Below are positions 38,430 through 50,965 of a DNA stretch of 64,000 nt, one piece after another. The DNA lies in NCBI GenBank assembly GCA_045430285.1, contig JAILXV010000001.1:236387-300386 (forward strand). Reading direction: 5' to 3'. How positions within the stretch are numbered: position 1 is the stretch's first letter; every line of letters begins with the position of its first letter. This DNA comes from Agarilytica sp. Lineage in GTDB: Bacteria; Pseudomonadota; Gammaproteobacteria; Pseudomonadales; Cellvibrionaceae. A program made the position numbers and the translations under genes. The notes under the pieces are model-generated. The model did not search any database and had not been told where the DNA came from. It saw nothing but the letters and a program-made list of their open reading frames with translations.

Positions 38430-38804
38430 GTGAATACTAATCGACCTGTAAATCTCGATCTTTCTACTGTTAAATTTCCAATTACCGCTCTTGTCTCTAT
38501 TACTCACCGAGTTTCCGGTGTGGTGTTGCTTGGCGGCATATTGGTGCTTATGTGGATGTTAGACGTAAGTTTGTCTTCAGAAGAAGGCTTCAACTCCATT
38601 AAAGAGACTCTTCAAGCGCCATTAGCAAAAATTGTGCTTTGGGGTGTGCTCGCTGCCCTTGGTTACCATTTGGTTGCTGGTGTTCGGCACTTAATTATGG
38701 ATTTAGGAGTTGGTGAAACTCTAGAAGGCGGCAAGCGCGGCGCAGTGATAAGCGTAGTGCTAGCAATTGTACTGATTATTTTAGCGGGGTTATGGGTATG
38801 GTAA
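38430..38804 (+). CDS. sdhC: Succinate dehydrogenase cytochrome b556 subunit
   Basis: RPVNLDL, SITHRVSG, YHLVAGVRHL.MD; operon position. Confidence 0.96.
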   Translation: MNTNRPVNLDLSTVKFPITALVSITHRVSGVVLLGGILVLMWMLDVSLSSEEGFNSIKETLQAPLAKIVLWGVLAALGYHLVAGVRHLIMDLGVGETLEGGKRGAVISVVLAIVLIILAGLWVW

Positions 38805-39166
38805 CTGCAGTAACAACTTTAGGTCGAAGTGGACTTTCCGACTGGCTTATCCAACGTTTTTCTGCTGTGGTATTGGCTGCGTACACAATCTTTATTGTGG
38901 CGTATATTGTCCTAACTCCTCAGTTGAGCTACGACCAATGGTCATCTTTATATTCACAGTTGTGGATGAGAGCGTTTAGTTTCTTGGCGCTTGTATCAAT
39001 AGCTGCTCACGGGTGGATAGGTTTGTGGGGTGTTCTCACCGACTACGTCACTACTCGTTTTATGGGCGGAAAAGCGTTGTTTCTGCGAATGGTTGCTTTA
39101 GCCGTATACGCGTTAGTAACAGTTACCTACCTCGTTTGGGGTGTTGAAGTTTTGTGGGGGTTTTAA
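38798..39166 (+). CDS. sdhD: Succinate dehydrogenase membrane anchor
   Basis: GRSGLSDWLIQR.SA, HGWIG.W.VLTDY. Confidence 0.96.
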   Translation: MVTAVTTLGRSGLSDWLIQRFSAVVLAAYTIFIVAYIVLTPQLSYDQWSSLYSQLWMRAFSFLALVSIAAHGWIGLWGVLTDYVTTRFMGGKALFLRMVALAVYALVTVTYLVWGVEVLWGF

Positions 39167-39169
39167 GTA

Positions 39170-40942
39170 ATGGCTAATATTCGGACAATGTCTTTTGATG
39201 GCATCGTAATTGGTGGCGGCGGCGCTGGTATGCGCGCAGCACTTCAACTTGCTCAGTCAGGTTACAAGACGGCTGTAATTACAAAAGTTTTCCCTACGCG
39301 TTCTCATACTGTATCGGCACAAGGTGGTATTACCTGTGCGATCGCAAGTAATGATCCGAACGATGATTGGCGCTGGCACATGTATGACACCGTTAAGGGG
39401 TCAGATTATATTGGTGATCAGGACGCTATTGAGTATATGTGTTCAACCGGACCGGAAGCGGTTTATGAGCTTGAGCACATGGGCTTACCCTTTTCTCGAA
39501 CAGAAGAAGGCCGTATTTACCAGCGCCCATTCGGTGGCCAGTCTAAAGATTTTGGTCGTGGTGGTCAGGCTGCGCGTACATGTGCTGCTGCGGACCGTAC
39601 GGGTCACGCATTGTTGCATGCTTTGTATCAAGGCAATGTAAAGAACGAAACTGTTTTCCTGAATGAGTGGTTCGCGGTTGATATCGTGAAGAACCAAGAC
39701 GGCGCTGTATGTGGTGTTGTTGCTATTAACATGGAAGACGGTGAGACCGTTTTTATTAAATCTAAAGCGACTGTATTCGCAACTGGTGGAGCAGGCCGTA
39801 TATTCGCGTCTACTACTAACGCCCACATTAATACTGGTGACGGTGTTGGTATGTCTCTGCGCGCGGGCTTCCCTGTTCAAGATATCGAGATGTGGCAGTT
39901 CCACCCGACCGGAATCCACGGTGCAGGTGTACTCGTTACTGAAGGTTGTCGTGGCGAAGGCGGTTACCTCGTCAATAAAGACGGCGAGCGATTCATGGAG
40001 CGTTACGCTCCGAATGCTAAAGACTTGGCTGGTCGAGATGTTGTTGCACGTTCAATGGTGCAGGAAATTCTTGAAGGTCGAGGCTGTGGCGAAAATGGCG
40101 ATCACGTATTCCTGAAATTGGATCACTTGGGTGCAGAGACGTTGAATCAGCGCTTGCCTGGTATTCTCGAATTGTCTCGTACTTTTGCTCACGCAGACCC
40201 AATTAAAGAGCCAATCCCTGTTGTACCAACGTGTCACTACATGATGGGTGGTATACCAACGAATGTTGATGGTCAGGCCCTAACTCAAGATGCAAAAGGT
40301 AATGATCAAGTGATCGACGGCTTTTATGCATGTGGCGAAGTGGCATGTGTTTCTGTACATGGTGCAAACCGTCTTGGTGGTAACTCTCTACTTGATTTGG
40401 TTGTATTTGGTCGTTCGTCGGGTATGTTTATCGAGCGCTCATTACGTGAAGGTATTGAGTTGCGTGATCCAAGCGAGTCTGATTTTGAAGAAGCGATGTC
40501 TCGTTTGAGTACACTTAACAATTCAACCGGTGGTGAGAGCGCGTCAGCGTTACGTACTGAGTTGCAAGGCATTATGCAGAATCACTTTGGTGTATTCCGT
40601 AATGGTGAGTTCATGCAAGAAGGCATCAAAAAGCTTGCTGATATGCGTGAGCGCATGGCCAATATCCACTTGGACGATAAGAGTAACGCGTTTAACACTG
40701 CGCGAATTGAAGCGCTTGAAGTTCAAAACCTTTTTGAAGTGGCTGAAGCAACGGCTATTGCTGCTGAGGAAAGAAAAGAATCTCGTGGCGCTCATGCTCG
40801 TGAAGATTTCCAAGAGCGTGACGACAAAAACTGGCTTTGCCACTCAATGTTCTTCCCTGAAGATAAGTCGATTGGTAAGCGTGGCGTCAACTTTACGCCC
40901 AAGACTGTTGATAAGTTCGAGCCCCAAATCCGTACTTACTAA
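39170..40942 (+). CDS. sdhA: Succinate dehydrogenase flavoprotein
   Basis: [19 protein letters not shown] attachment motif, [11 protein letters not shown]. Confidence 0.99.
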   Translation: MANIRTMSFDGIVIGGGGAGMRAALQLAQSGYKTAVITKVFPTRSHTVSAQGGITCAIASNDPNDDWRWHMYDTVKGSDYIGDQDAIEYMCSTGPEAVYELEHMGLPFSRTEEGRIYQRPFGGQSKDFGRGGQAARTCAAADRTGHALLHALYQGNVKNETVFLNEWFAVDIVKNQDGAVCGVVAINMEDGETVFIKSKATVFATGGAGRIFASTTNAHINTGDGVGMSLRAGFPVQDIEMWQFHPTGIHGAGVLVTEGCRGEGGYLVNKDGERFMERYAPNAKDLAGRDVVARSMVQEILEGRGCGENGDHVFLKLDHLGAETLNQRLPGILELSRTFAHADPIKEPIPVVPTCHYMMGGIPTNVDGQALTQDAKGNDQVIDGFYACGEVACVSVHGANRLGGNSLLDLVVFGRSSGMFIERSLREGIELRDPSESDFEEAMSRLSTLNNSTGGESASALRTELQGIMQNHFGVFRNGEFMQEGIKKLADMRERMANIHLDDKSNAFNTARIEALEVQNLFEVAEATAIAAEERKESRGAHAREDFQERDDKNWLCHSMFFPEDKSIGKRGVNFTPKTVDKFEPQIRTY

Positions 40943-40978
40943 TTGTTAGGCGAACTAATTTAAAAAGGTTGAGTAAAA

Positions 40979-41683
40979 ATGCTTAAAGTTGAAGTTTATC
41001 GTTACAACCCAGAGACCGACGCCAAGCCTTACATGAAGTCGTATGATGTTGATACGCAAGGTAAAGACTTGATGGTCTTAGATGTCCTTGAGATGTTAAA
41101 AGAGCAAGATCCATCAATTGCGTATCGTCGTTCATGTCGTGAAGGTGTATGTGGCTCTGATGGTATGAACATTAACGGAAAGAATGGTTTGGCATGTGTT
41201 AAACCACTTTCTGAATGTGTGAAAAACAACAAGTTGATTTTGCGTCCTTTGCCAGGACTGCCCGTTATTCGTGATCTCGTGATCGATATGGCGCAGTTTT
41301 ACGCTCAGTATCGTAAAATCGAACCATTTTTGCAGAACGATGCACCTACACCCGCAATTGAGCGCCTTCAGTCTCCTGAAGAGCGTGAAAAATTAGATGG
41401 TTTGTATGAGTGTATCTTGTGTGCGTGCTGTTCAACTAGTTGCCCATCTTTCTGGTGGAACCCAGATAAATTTGTTGGACCTGCTGGTTTACTTCAAGCT
41501 TATCGCTTCTTGGCTGATTCGCGCGACACTGCGACAGAAGATCGTTTAGCTAATTTGGATGACCCGTTCAGTGTTTTCCGTTGTCATGGCATTCAAAACT
41601 GTGTGGATGTATGTCCAAAAGGTTTGAACCCAACGAAGGCAATTGGTCATATCCGTAACATGTTGCTACATCGCGGAACCTAG
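40979..41683 (+). CDS. sdhB: Succinate dehydrogenase iron-sulfur subunit
   Basis: SCREGVCGSDG, CILCACCSTSCP, CHGIQNCVDVCP. Confidence 0.99.
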   Translation: MLKVEVYRYNPETDAKPYMKSYDVDTQGKDLMVLDVLEMLKEQDPSIAYRRSCREGVCGSDGMNINGKNGLACVKPLSECVKNNKLILRPLPGLPVIRDLVIDMAQFYAQYRKIEPFLQNDAPTPAIERLQSPEEREKLDGLYECILCACCSTSCPSFWWNPDKFVGPAGLLQAYRFLADSRDTATEDRLANLDDPFSVFRCHGIQNCVDVCPKGLNPTKAIGHIRNMLLHRGT

Positions 41684-41892
41684 TTTTTAGGTTGCGTAAT
41701 AAACAGCGGCTGCATTCGCCGCCGCTGTGATAACTATTTCTATCCTATACTGGTCGGTAACCCTCGTATAAAGGAATCGATGCTTTTCTCTGCATAGATG
41801 CTATTTTTGGGTTAAGACTTTAGCTTTTTCGGTGAAATACCGAACAGGGGAGCTCTTATCTTCTACGTGCGCCCTTAACCATGGTGAGAAAC

Positions 41893-44730
41893 ATGCAAGA
41901 AAGTTTGATGGAATTGTTATGGAGCACTTCCCATATCTCTGGCGGGAATGCTTCGTATGTCGAGGACGTGTACGAAGCTTATTTGAATGATCCGAACTCA
42001 GTATCCCAAGATTGGCGCGACTACTTTGATAAGTTGCCCCGTGTAAATGGTGCTGTAGGCAACGATGTCCCGCATTCTGAAATTATTGAATACTTTGAGT
42101 TACTTGGCCGTAACCGAGCTCGCCCACTTGTCGCGCCAGGCGAGGGCAGTGGCAACGTCGCTCATGAACGTAAGCAGGTTGAAGTTGTACAGCTTGTTAA
42201 CGCCTACCGTTTAAACGGTCACCAAAATGCCTCTTTAGATCCGCTTCTATTACTTGAGCCGAAGAGTCCACCCGATTTAGATCTGGGCTTTCATAACCTC
42301 AATACACTGGATTTAGATTCGGTCTTCCAAACAGGTGATTTGTCCTTTGGCTATAAAGAAGGCCTTCTTAAAGACATCATCTCTGATTTAGAAAAGACTT
42401 ATTGCAGCACGATCGGCGCTGAAGTCATGCATATCACTAACTACGATGAGCGTCGTTGGTTATTGCACCGCCTAGAAAGTACGCGCTCAGAACCTCAGTT
42501 AGATGAGTCCGCAAAGAAAAGTATTCTTGGGCGTTTGACTGCAGCTGAGGGTTTGGAGAGGCATCTTGATGGCAAATACCCTGGGACAAAACGTTTCGGT
42601 TTAGAAGGTGCTGAAAGCCTTATTCCTTTGCTTGATATCCTGATCAGTAAAGCAGGTTCTGACGGAGCAAAAGAAATGGTATTGGGTATGGCTCACCGTG
42701 GCCGACTAAATACCTTAGTCAATATTCTGGGTAAAAACCCTGCAGATCTATTCGATGAGTTCGAAGGTAAAAAACTTGTTGATACATCGGGTGATGTTAA
42801 ATATCACCAAGGCTTCTCCTCTAATGTCATGACGCCTGGTGGCGAAATGCATTTGGCGCTCGCGTTTAACCCATCTCACCTCGAGATTGTTGCACCGGTT
42901 GTCGAAGGGTCAGTTAAAGCCCGTCAAGATCGTCGTGACGATCCTGTCGGCGAAACGGTTATTCCTGTTGTGATTCACGGTGATGCCGCGTTCGCAGGCC
43001 AAGGTGTCGTTATGGAGACATTTCAAATGTCCCAGACACGCGCCTATAAAACAGGCGGCACGATCCATATTGTGATCAACAACCAAGTGGGCTTCACCAC
43101 TAGCCGTAAAGAAGATGCGCGTTCGACAGATTACTGTACAGACGTGGCGAAAATGATTGAAACACCCATCTTCCACGTGAATGGCGATGACCCAGAAGCA
43201 GTTGCCTATATCTCAGCGCTTGCAGTGGATTACCGTCATGAGTTTAAGAAAGATGTGGTGATAGACCTTGTGTGTTACAGACGTCGCGGTCATAACGAAA
43301 CAGATGAGCCATCGTCGACTCAGCCGACGATGTACAAGGCTATTCGTAACCACAAAACGACCCGAACGCGCTATGCAGAGCAGCTGGTAGAAGAAGGTAT
43401 CATCACTAAAGAAGAAGGTGATGAATTATCTAACGGCTATCGTGCTGCGTTGGATCGTGGTGAGCATGTTGCGCAGGGCTTAGTTAGCGAGCCGGACCGT
43501 TCTTTGTTTGTCGATTGGTCTCCGTATATTGGGCACGATTGGCAAACGCCGAGTGATACCTCATACCCGATTAAAGATTTACAAGCCTTGGCAGAGAAAA
43601 TTAGCAGCATCCCAGACGGTGTTCAGGTTCAGCGTCAAGTCGCTAAGATATATGACGACCGACGTAAAATGGCCGGTGGTGCCGTCCCAATTAACTGGGG
43701 AATGGCTGAAACACTCGCGTACGCGACCTTGTTAAAACAAGGGCATAAAATACGATTGACTGGGCAGGATGTTGGACGTGGTACGTTCTCCCATCGCCAT
43801 GCGGTGGTACACAGTCAAAAAGATGGTGAGAGCTATATACCATTAGAAAATGTGGATAGCGATCAGCCAAAATTTGAAATATATGACTCATTCCTGTCTG
43901 AAGAAGCGGTATTGGCTTTTGAATATGGTTATGCCACGACCTCCCCGAGCGGTATGGTTATCTGGGAAGCCCAGTTCGGCGATTTTGCTAACGGGGCTCA
44001 GGTGGTTATCGACCAGTTTATTACCAGCGGCGAGCACAAGTGGGGGCGTTTATGTGGTCTTACCATGTTATTGCCTCACGGGTATGAAGGGCAGGGTCCA
44101 GAGCATTCATCTGCACGGTTAGAGCGTTTCATGCAGTTATGTGCGGAAAACAACATTCAAGTGTGTATTCCGACTACTCCCGCTCAGGTTTATCACATGA
44201 TACGCCGGCAAGCGATTCGCTACATGCGTCGCCCCTTAGTCGTAATGAGTCCAAAGTGGATCTTACGTCATAAATTGGCAACATCTTCTTTGGAAGAGTT
44301 GGCTGATGGCAAGTTTGAGACCGTACTTGGGGATACTTTTGTAGAACCGAAAGACGTTAAACGCGTTATCTTGTGTAGCGGCAAAGTGTATTACCATCTT
44401 CTTGAGCAGCGAGAAGAAAACGAGCAAAAAGATGTCGCCTTGGTGCGTATCGAACAGCTTTACCCCTTCCCTGAAGAGGACCTTCGCGCGAAATTGAAAG
44501 CGTACGAACACGTCTCTGACTTTATTTGGTGCCAAGAAGAGCCCAAAAACCAAGGTGCTTGGTATGCCAGCCAGCACAGAATGCGCCGCGTTCTTGATCG
44601 ATTGAACTCAGATATTTATCTGCGTTTTGCCGGTCGAGCAGCGTCTTCTGCGCCTGCAGCTGGGTATATGTCTCTCCACCTTGAAGAACAACACAAATTT
44701 ATTTCAGCGGCATTGGATACAAGCGTATAG
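41893..44730 (+). CDS. sucA: 2-oxoglutarate dehydrogenase E1
   Basis: KRFGLEG, GMAHRGRLN, HGDAAFAGQG, WEAQFGDF. Confidence 0.99.
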   Translation: MQESLMELLWSTSHISGGNASYVEDVYEAYLNDPNSVSQDWRDYFDKLPRVNGAVGNDVPHSEIIEYFELLGRNRARPLVAPGEGSGNVAHERKQVEVVQLVNAYRLNGHQNASLDPLLLLEPKSPPDLDLGFHNLNTLDLDSVFQTGDLSFGYKEGLLKDIISDLEKTYCSTIGAEVMHITNYDERRWLLHRLESTRSEPQLDESAKKSILGRLTAAEGLERHLDGKYPGTKRFGLEGAESLIPLLDILISKAGSDGAKEMVLGMAHRGRLNTLVNILGKNPADLFDEFEGKKLVDTSGDVKYHQGFSSNVMTPGGEMHLALAFNPSHLEIVAPVVEGSVKARQDRRDDPVGETVIPVVIHGDAAFAGQGVVMETFQMSQTRAYKTGGTIHIVINNQVGFTTSRKEDARSTDYCTDVAKMIETPIFHVNGDDPEAVAYISALAVDYRHEFKKDVVIDLVCYRRRGHNETDEPSSTQPTMYKAIRNHKTTRTRYAEQLVEEGIITKEEGDELSNGYRAALDRGEHVAQGLVSEPDRSLFVDWSPYIGHDWQTPSDTSYPIKDLQALAEKISSIPDGVQVQRQVAKIYDDRRKMAGGAVPINWGMAETLAYATLLKQGHKIRLTGQDVGRGTFSHRHAVVHSQKDGESYIPLENVDSDQPKFEIYDSFLSEEAVLAFEYGYATTSPSGMVIWEAQFGDFANGAQVVIDQFITSGEHKWGRLCGLTMLLPHGYEGQGPEHSSARLERFMQLCAENNIQVCIPTTPAQVYHMIRRQAIRYMRRPLVVMSPKWILRHKLATSSLEELADGKFETVLGDTFVEPKDVKRVILCSGKVYYHLLEQREENEQKDVALVRIEQLYPFPEEDLRAKLKAYEHVSDFIWCQEEPKNQGAWYASQHRMRRVLDRLNSDIYLRFAGRAASSAPAAGYMSLHLEEQHKFISAALDTSV

Positions 44731-44785
44731 TGAATCCAATTTTATTTAACTTATAGCGCCTTAAGCACAAAGGACACGACTGGAA

Positions 44786-46009
44786 ATGACCATAGAAATA
44801 AAAGCTCCAACCTTCCCTGAATCCGTTCAAGACGGCAGCATTGCAACCTGGTACAAGCAGCCTGGTGAAGCTGTATCTCGTGATGAGCTGTTAGTGGATA
44901 TCGAAACAGACAAAGTTGTACTGGAGGTGGTTGCACCTGCAGATGGGAGTCTGGCGGACATTAAAAAGGGAGAAGGCGATACCGTACTGAGCAATGAGGT
45001 TATTGCTATCTTTACTGCTGGCGATGCACCTGCTGCTGACGCCTCTGGTGCAAGCGCTGCTGCAGAGCCTGCTGCCTCCTCCGCTGCTGAAGTGATAGCT
45101 GCTCCAGCTGCTCGCAAGCTAGCAGAAGAGCGCGGTATCGACTTGTCGCAAGTTAAAGGTACTGGTAAAGATGGGCGCATCACCAAAGAAGATGTGTCTA
45201 AGTATGAAAAACCTGCTGCAGCTCCCGCACCTACTGCTGTGGCACCACAGCCAGCGGCCAAAGCCGCTGCAAGTGCTCCTGCAGGATTCGAATTGCCTGT
45301 CGGTGATCGTGTAGAAAAGCGTGTACCAATGACGCGCATGCGCGCACGTATTGCTGAGCGTCTATTAGATGTAACAAGCAGCACGGCAATGTTGACCACC
45401 TTTAACGAGGTGAACATGGCGCCTATTATGGCGTTGCGTAATCAATACAAAGATAAATTTGAAAAAGCTCACAATGGAACACGTTTGGGTTTCATGGGCT
45501 TTTTTGTAAAAGCAGCTGTTGAAGCGCTTCGTCGTTTCCCTGAAGTGAATGCTTCACTTGATGGTAATGACATCGTATATCATGGCTATCAAGATGTAGG
45601 CGTCGCCGTTTCTACTGATAAAGGTCTTGTTGTCCCTGTATTGCGTAATACAGAGCACAAAAGCTTGGCCGATATAGAAAATGGCATCCGAGACTTCGGC
45701 CTTCGTGCGCGAGATGGTAAACTAGGCATCGACGAGATGACTGGCGGCACATTTACTATCACAAATGGCGGTGTTTTCGGTTCCTTGATGTCAACACCTA
45801 TATTAAACCCACCTCAATCAGCTATTCTCGGGATGCACAAAATTCAAGAGCGTCCGATGGCTGTGAATGGCGAAGTGAAAGTTTTGCCAATGATGTATTT
45901 AGCCATGTCGTATGATCACCGTATCATCGATGGTAAAGGGGCGGTACAGTTCTTGGTGGCGATCAAAGATATGATCGAAGATCCAGCGAGAATCCTATTA
46001 GAAATATAG
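44786..46009 (+). CDS. sucB: 2-oxoglutarate dehydrogenase E2 (dihydrolipoamide succinyltransferase)
   Basis: Lipoyl motif [22 protein letters not shown]. Confidence 0.99.
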   Translation: MTIEIKAPTFPESVQDGSIATWYKQPGEAVSRDELLVDIETDKVVLEVVAPADGSLADIKKGEGDTVLSNEVIAIFTAGDAPAADASGASAAAEPAASSAAEVIAAPAARKLAEERGIDLSQVKGTGKDGRITKEDVSKYEKPAAAPAPTAVAPQPAAKAAASAPAGFELPVGDRVEKRVPMTRMRARIAERLLDVTSSTAMLTTFNEVNMAPIMALRNQYKDKFEKAHNGTRLGFMGFFVKAAVEALRRFPEVNASLDGNDIVYHGYQDVGVAVSTDKGLVVPVLRNTEHKSLADIENGIRDFGLRARDGKLGIDEMTGGTFTITNGGVFGSLMSTPILNPPQSAILGMHKIQERPMAVNGEVKVLPMMYLAMSYDHRIIDGKGAVQFLVAIKDMIEDPARILLEI

Positions 46010-46026
46010 CGTTACACATAACGTAA

Positions 46027-47610
<1,584 letters not shown>

Positions 47611-47653
47611 TTTTATTTTTACGTAGTTAAAGAATTCGAGTAATCGAATAAAC

Positions 47654-47682
47654 GGCTCCGAGCCGACACTTGGAGCCTTTTT
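47654..47682 (+). terminator. Terminator or attenuating hairpin after lpdA
   Basis: GGCTCC...GGAGCC followed by TTTTT. Confidence 0.55.
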
Positions 47683-47747
47683 ATTAGGGGTTTGGTACAA
47701 ACTCACGTTTGTACTGCAAGATGAAAATTTCTCAACGGTAAATATCT

Positions 47748-48911
47748 ATGAATTTACACGAATATCAAGGTAAGCAACTATTCCGCGAGTACGGCTTACC
47801 CGTTTCCGAAGGTGTAGCTGCGGAAACGATACATGAGGCTGCTGCGGCTGCGGATATTATCGGTGGCGATAAGTGGGTGGTTAAAGCGCAAGTGCATGCA
47901 GGTGGCCGTGGTAAAGCCGGCGGAGTTAAGCTTGTTTCTTCAAAAAGTGAAATTGAAGAATTTTCCCAAAAATGGTTGGGCAATAACCTTGTGACGTATC
48001 AAACAGACGAGAATGGCCAGCCAGTTAGCCGAATTCTTGTTGAGTCATTGACTGATATTGCGCAAGAGCTTTACTTGGGCGCAGTTGTTGACCGTTCTAG
48101 CCGACGTATCGTATTTATGGCATCTACCGAAGGTGGTGTTGAAATCGAGAAAGTTGCTGAAGAAACACCAGAGAAGATCTTAAAAGCTGAGATCGATCCT
48201 TTGTGTGGTGCTCAGCCTTACCAAGCTCGTGATCTTGCTTTTAAGTTGGGGCTTGAAGGCAAACAAATTCGTCAGTTCACTAAGATTTTCTTAGGCTTGG
48301 CGAAAATGTTCGAAGAAAAAGATCTCGCTTTGCTTGAGATTAACCCGCTTGTTATTACAGAGCAGGGTGATCTTCATTGTTTGGATGCGAAAGTGACTAT
48401 CGACGGCAACGCAATGTACCGTCAGCCAGGCTTAAAAGAAATGCACGACCCTAGCCAAGAAGATGAGCGTGAAGCTCATGCTGCGCAATGGGAACTTAAC
48501 TATGTTGCGCTTGAAGGCAATATTGGTTGTATGGTGAATGGTGCGGGTCTTGCGATGGGTACCATGGACATCGTGAAATTGCACGGTGGTAAGCCAGCAA
48601 ACTTCCTCGACGTAGGTGGCGGTGCAACCAAAGAGCGTGTAATTGAAGCATTTAAAATCATCCTTTCTGATGACAATGTGTCGGCAGTATTGATTAATAT
48701 TTTCGGTGGCATCGTTCGTTGTGATTTGATTGCTGAGGGTGTTATTGGCGCAGTTGAAGAAGTTGGCGTAAAAGTACCTGTTGTTGTTCGTCTTGAAGGA
48801 AACAACGCTGAGCTTGGTGCGAAAGTGTTGGCCGATAGTGGATTAAATATTATTGCTGCGACAAGTCTTACAGACGCGGCAGAGCAAGTTGTAAAAGCAG
48901 CGGGGAATTAA
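47748..48911 (+). CDS. sucC: Succinyl-CoA synthetase beta subunit
   Basis: [39 protein letters not shown]. Confidence 0.99.
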   Translation: MNLHEYQGKQLFREYGLPVSEGVAAETIHEAAAAADIIGGDKWVVKAQVHAGGRGKAGGVKLVSSKSEIEEFSQKWLGNNLVTYQTDENGQPVSRILVESLTDIAQELYLGAVVDRSSRRIVFMASTEGGVEIEKVAEETPEKILKAEIDPLCGAQPYQARDLAFKLGLEGKQIRQFTKIFLGLAKMFEEKDLALLEINPLVITEQGDLHCLDAKVTIDGNAMYRQPGLKEMHDPSQEDEREAHAAQWELNYVALEGNIGCMVNGAGLAMGTMDIVKLHGGKPANFLDVGGGATKERVIEAFKIILSDDNVSAVLINIFGGIVRCDLIAEGVIGAVEEVGVKVPVVVRLEGNNAELGAKVLADSGLNIIAATSLTDAAEQVVKAAGN

Positions 48912-48914
48912 TCA

Positions 48915-49787
48915 ATGAGCGTATTACTTAACAAAGATACCAAAGTTCTCTGTCAGGGTTTTACCGGTTCTCAGGGTACATTCCATTCAGAGCAAGCCAT
49001 TGCATATGGTACAAAAATGGTGGGTGGTGTTACACCTGGCAAAGGTGGTCAAAAGCACCTAGGTCTACCAGTTTTTAATACTATGGATGAAGCTGTTGCG
49101 GATACAGGTGCAGATGCGTCTGTTATTTTCGTTCCAGCACCTTTCTGTAAAGACTCTATCTTGGAAGCTGCAAACAGTGGCGTTAAGTTAGTGATCTGTA
49201 TTACAGAAGGCATTCCAACAATGGATATGCTTGATGCCAAAGTAAAATGTGATGAGCTGGGTGTTCGTTTGATCGGACCTAACTGCCCAGGTGTTATCAC
49301 GCCAGGTGAAAGTAAGATCGGTATTATGCCTGGCCATATTCATAAGCCTGGTAAAGTGGGTATCGTATCGCGTTCTGGTACGTTGACTTACGAAGCAGTT
49401 AAGCAAACGACTGATTTCGGTTATGGCCAATCTACTTGTGTTGGTATCGGTGGTGATCCAATTCCTGGTTCTAACTTCATCGACATTTTGACCTTGTTCC
49501 AAGAAGATGACCAAACGGAAGCAATCGTGATGATTGGTGAGATTGGTGGTTCTGCTGAAGAAGAAGCTGCTGCGTTCATTAAAGAGAACGTTACTAAGCC
49601 TGTTGTTTCTTACATTGCAGGTGTTACAGCACCTCCTGGAAAGCGTATGGGTCATGCTGGTGCAATCATCTCTGGTGGTAAAGGTACTGCTGATGAGAAG
49701 TTCGCTGCATTAGAAGATGCAGGTGTGAAAACTGTTCGCAGCTTAGCGGATATCGGTAACGGTCTTAAAGAGATCACTGGTTGGTAA
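48915..49787 (+). CDS. sucD: Succinyl-CoA synthetase alpha subunit
   Basis: QGFTG, GPNCPG, RMGHAGA. Confidence 0.99.
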   Translation: MSVLLNKDTKVLCQGFTGSQGTFHSEQAIAYGTKMVGGVTPGKGGQKHLGLPVFNTMDEAVADTGADASVIFVPAPFCKDSILEAANSGVKLVICITEGIPTMDMLDAKVKCDELGVRLIGPNCPGVITPGESKIGIMPGHIHKPGKVGIVSRSGTLTYEAVKQTTDFGYGQSTCVGIGGDPIPGSNFIDILTLFQEDDQTEAIVMIGEIGGSAEEEAAAFIKENVTKPVVSYIAGVTAPPGKRMGHAGAIISGGKGTADEKFAALEDAGVKTVRSLADIGNGLKEITGW

Positions 49788-49812
49788 GTTGTTCAGTATT
49801 TACATTGAAACC

Positions 49813-49846
49813 AAAAAGCCGCGGTACTAACCGCGGCTTTTTTTTT
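49813..49846. terminator. Bidirectional terminator after sucD
   Basis: AAAAAGCCGCGGT-ACTA-ACCGCGGCTTTTTTTTT. Confidence 0.92.
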
Positions 49847-49935
49847 GCCTGCTTCTTGCTGGGTTAAGTGGTCTGAGCAAGAGGGCTATATAACTTAAGC
49901 GTGCCGGAATGTGGGCACAGCTTGTGATTTTCGTT

Positions 49936-50016
49936 TTATTTTTCGCTCTCTAGCGTGCCTAACACCATAAAGCCAAAAACCATCAACATGATAAACACTA
50001 TATCGAGCCCGGACAT
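49936..50016 (-). CDS. Candidate 26-aa single-helix membrane peptide (not in the ORF track)
   Basis: MSGLDIVFIMLMVFGFMVLGTLESEK; purine-rich GAGATGGGGAAAAG upstream; points toward the bidirectional terminator. Confidence 0.5.
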   Translation of the reverse strand: MSGLDIVFIMLMVFGFMVLGTLESEK

Positions 50017-50299
50017 TGTCTTTTCCCCATCTCATTTTCTGATTCAATGGTGATATTGTACGTATGATGAGAGAATCCGTTGAGAGGATATTCTCCCGAC
50101 GGTTTGTAGGAGATTGACCATATTAGGCCGCTATATTCGCTTTGTTTCTAGCGATTTGCCAGAATGAACCTTAGTCATTGATTACAGTCCCAAGCTTGGG
50201 TGGGGTTAGCGCTAGCCAAGCGTTGAATCATCACCAGTTTGATCGAGATTCCACCTAAATTTTTCACCTAGATCTACTTTAAGCAGGCACTCCGTATTC

Positions 50300-50902
50300 G
50301 TGATGTTTGACCCTATCCTTGAGCTTTCTTCTCACTCTGTGTCATTGTTTTTGGCCGTCATCGTAATCTCATGGATCTGGGAAGATGCCGCTCTCGTAAC
50401 GGCAGCGCTATTGGCCGTTGATGAGCGCTTGTCCATACCTGTTGCGGTGCTTTCGGTATTCGTTGGAATATGCAGCGGCGACCTTGCTTTGTACTACCTG
50501 GGGCGCTTGGCTCACAGGTGGCGGCGTTTACGTGGGTGGATCCTCACAAACCCAAGCAGCAGGGCGCTCAGTCGCCGTTTCCGCAGAAGTACGATGACCA
50601 ATATTATGTTGATTCGCTTTGTACCAGGGCTCAGAACACTCGGCTTTACATTATGTGGGCTCTGGCGCATTACCCTCTATCGATTCCTTGTTGCTATGAT
50701 GGTCGCCGGTGCTTTTTGGATAGCGGTTATTTTCACCCTGGTTTATCAGCTCGGTTCAAGTACGTGGTTTGAGAGCGCTCATTGGAAGTGGTCCCTCATG
50801 CTTATCGCCTTGTCTTTATTGATATTTAATAATGTGTGGGTGCACCGCAAAGCGAAACGAATAAAAAAGTTAAGTCTTACTGATGAAACGACTATAGAGT
50901 GA
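50300..50902 (+). CDS. DedA/VTT-domain membrane protein
   Basis: WEDAA..AALLA, GDLALYYLGR, RFVPGLR. Confidence 0.88.
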   Translation: MMFDPILELSSHSVSLFLAVIVISWIWEDAALVTAALLAVDERLSIPVAVLSVFVGICSGDLALYYLGRLAHRWRRLRGWILTNPSSRALSRRFRRSTMTNIMLIRFVPGLRTLGFTLCGLWRITLYRFLVAMMVAGAFWIAVIFTLVYQLGSSTWFESAHWKWSLMLIALSLLIFNNVWVHRKAKRIKKLSLTDETTIE

Positions 50903-50965
50903 GTTGAAGTGAGACAGATAAAGCAAGGCGCAGTAATTATGTCGTTAATAGGGGCGTATAGATAA

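Noticed and set aside
44827-45417. Long antisense ORFs over sucB, sucD, sdhA, ffh and other core genes
   Set aside because: Shadow frames caused by codon bias in highly expressed genes; no RBS or motifs.
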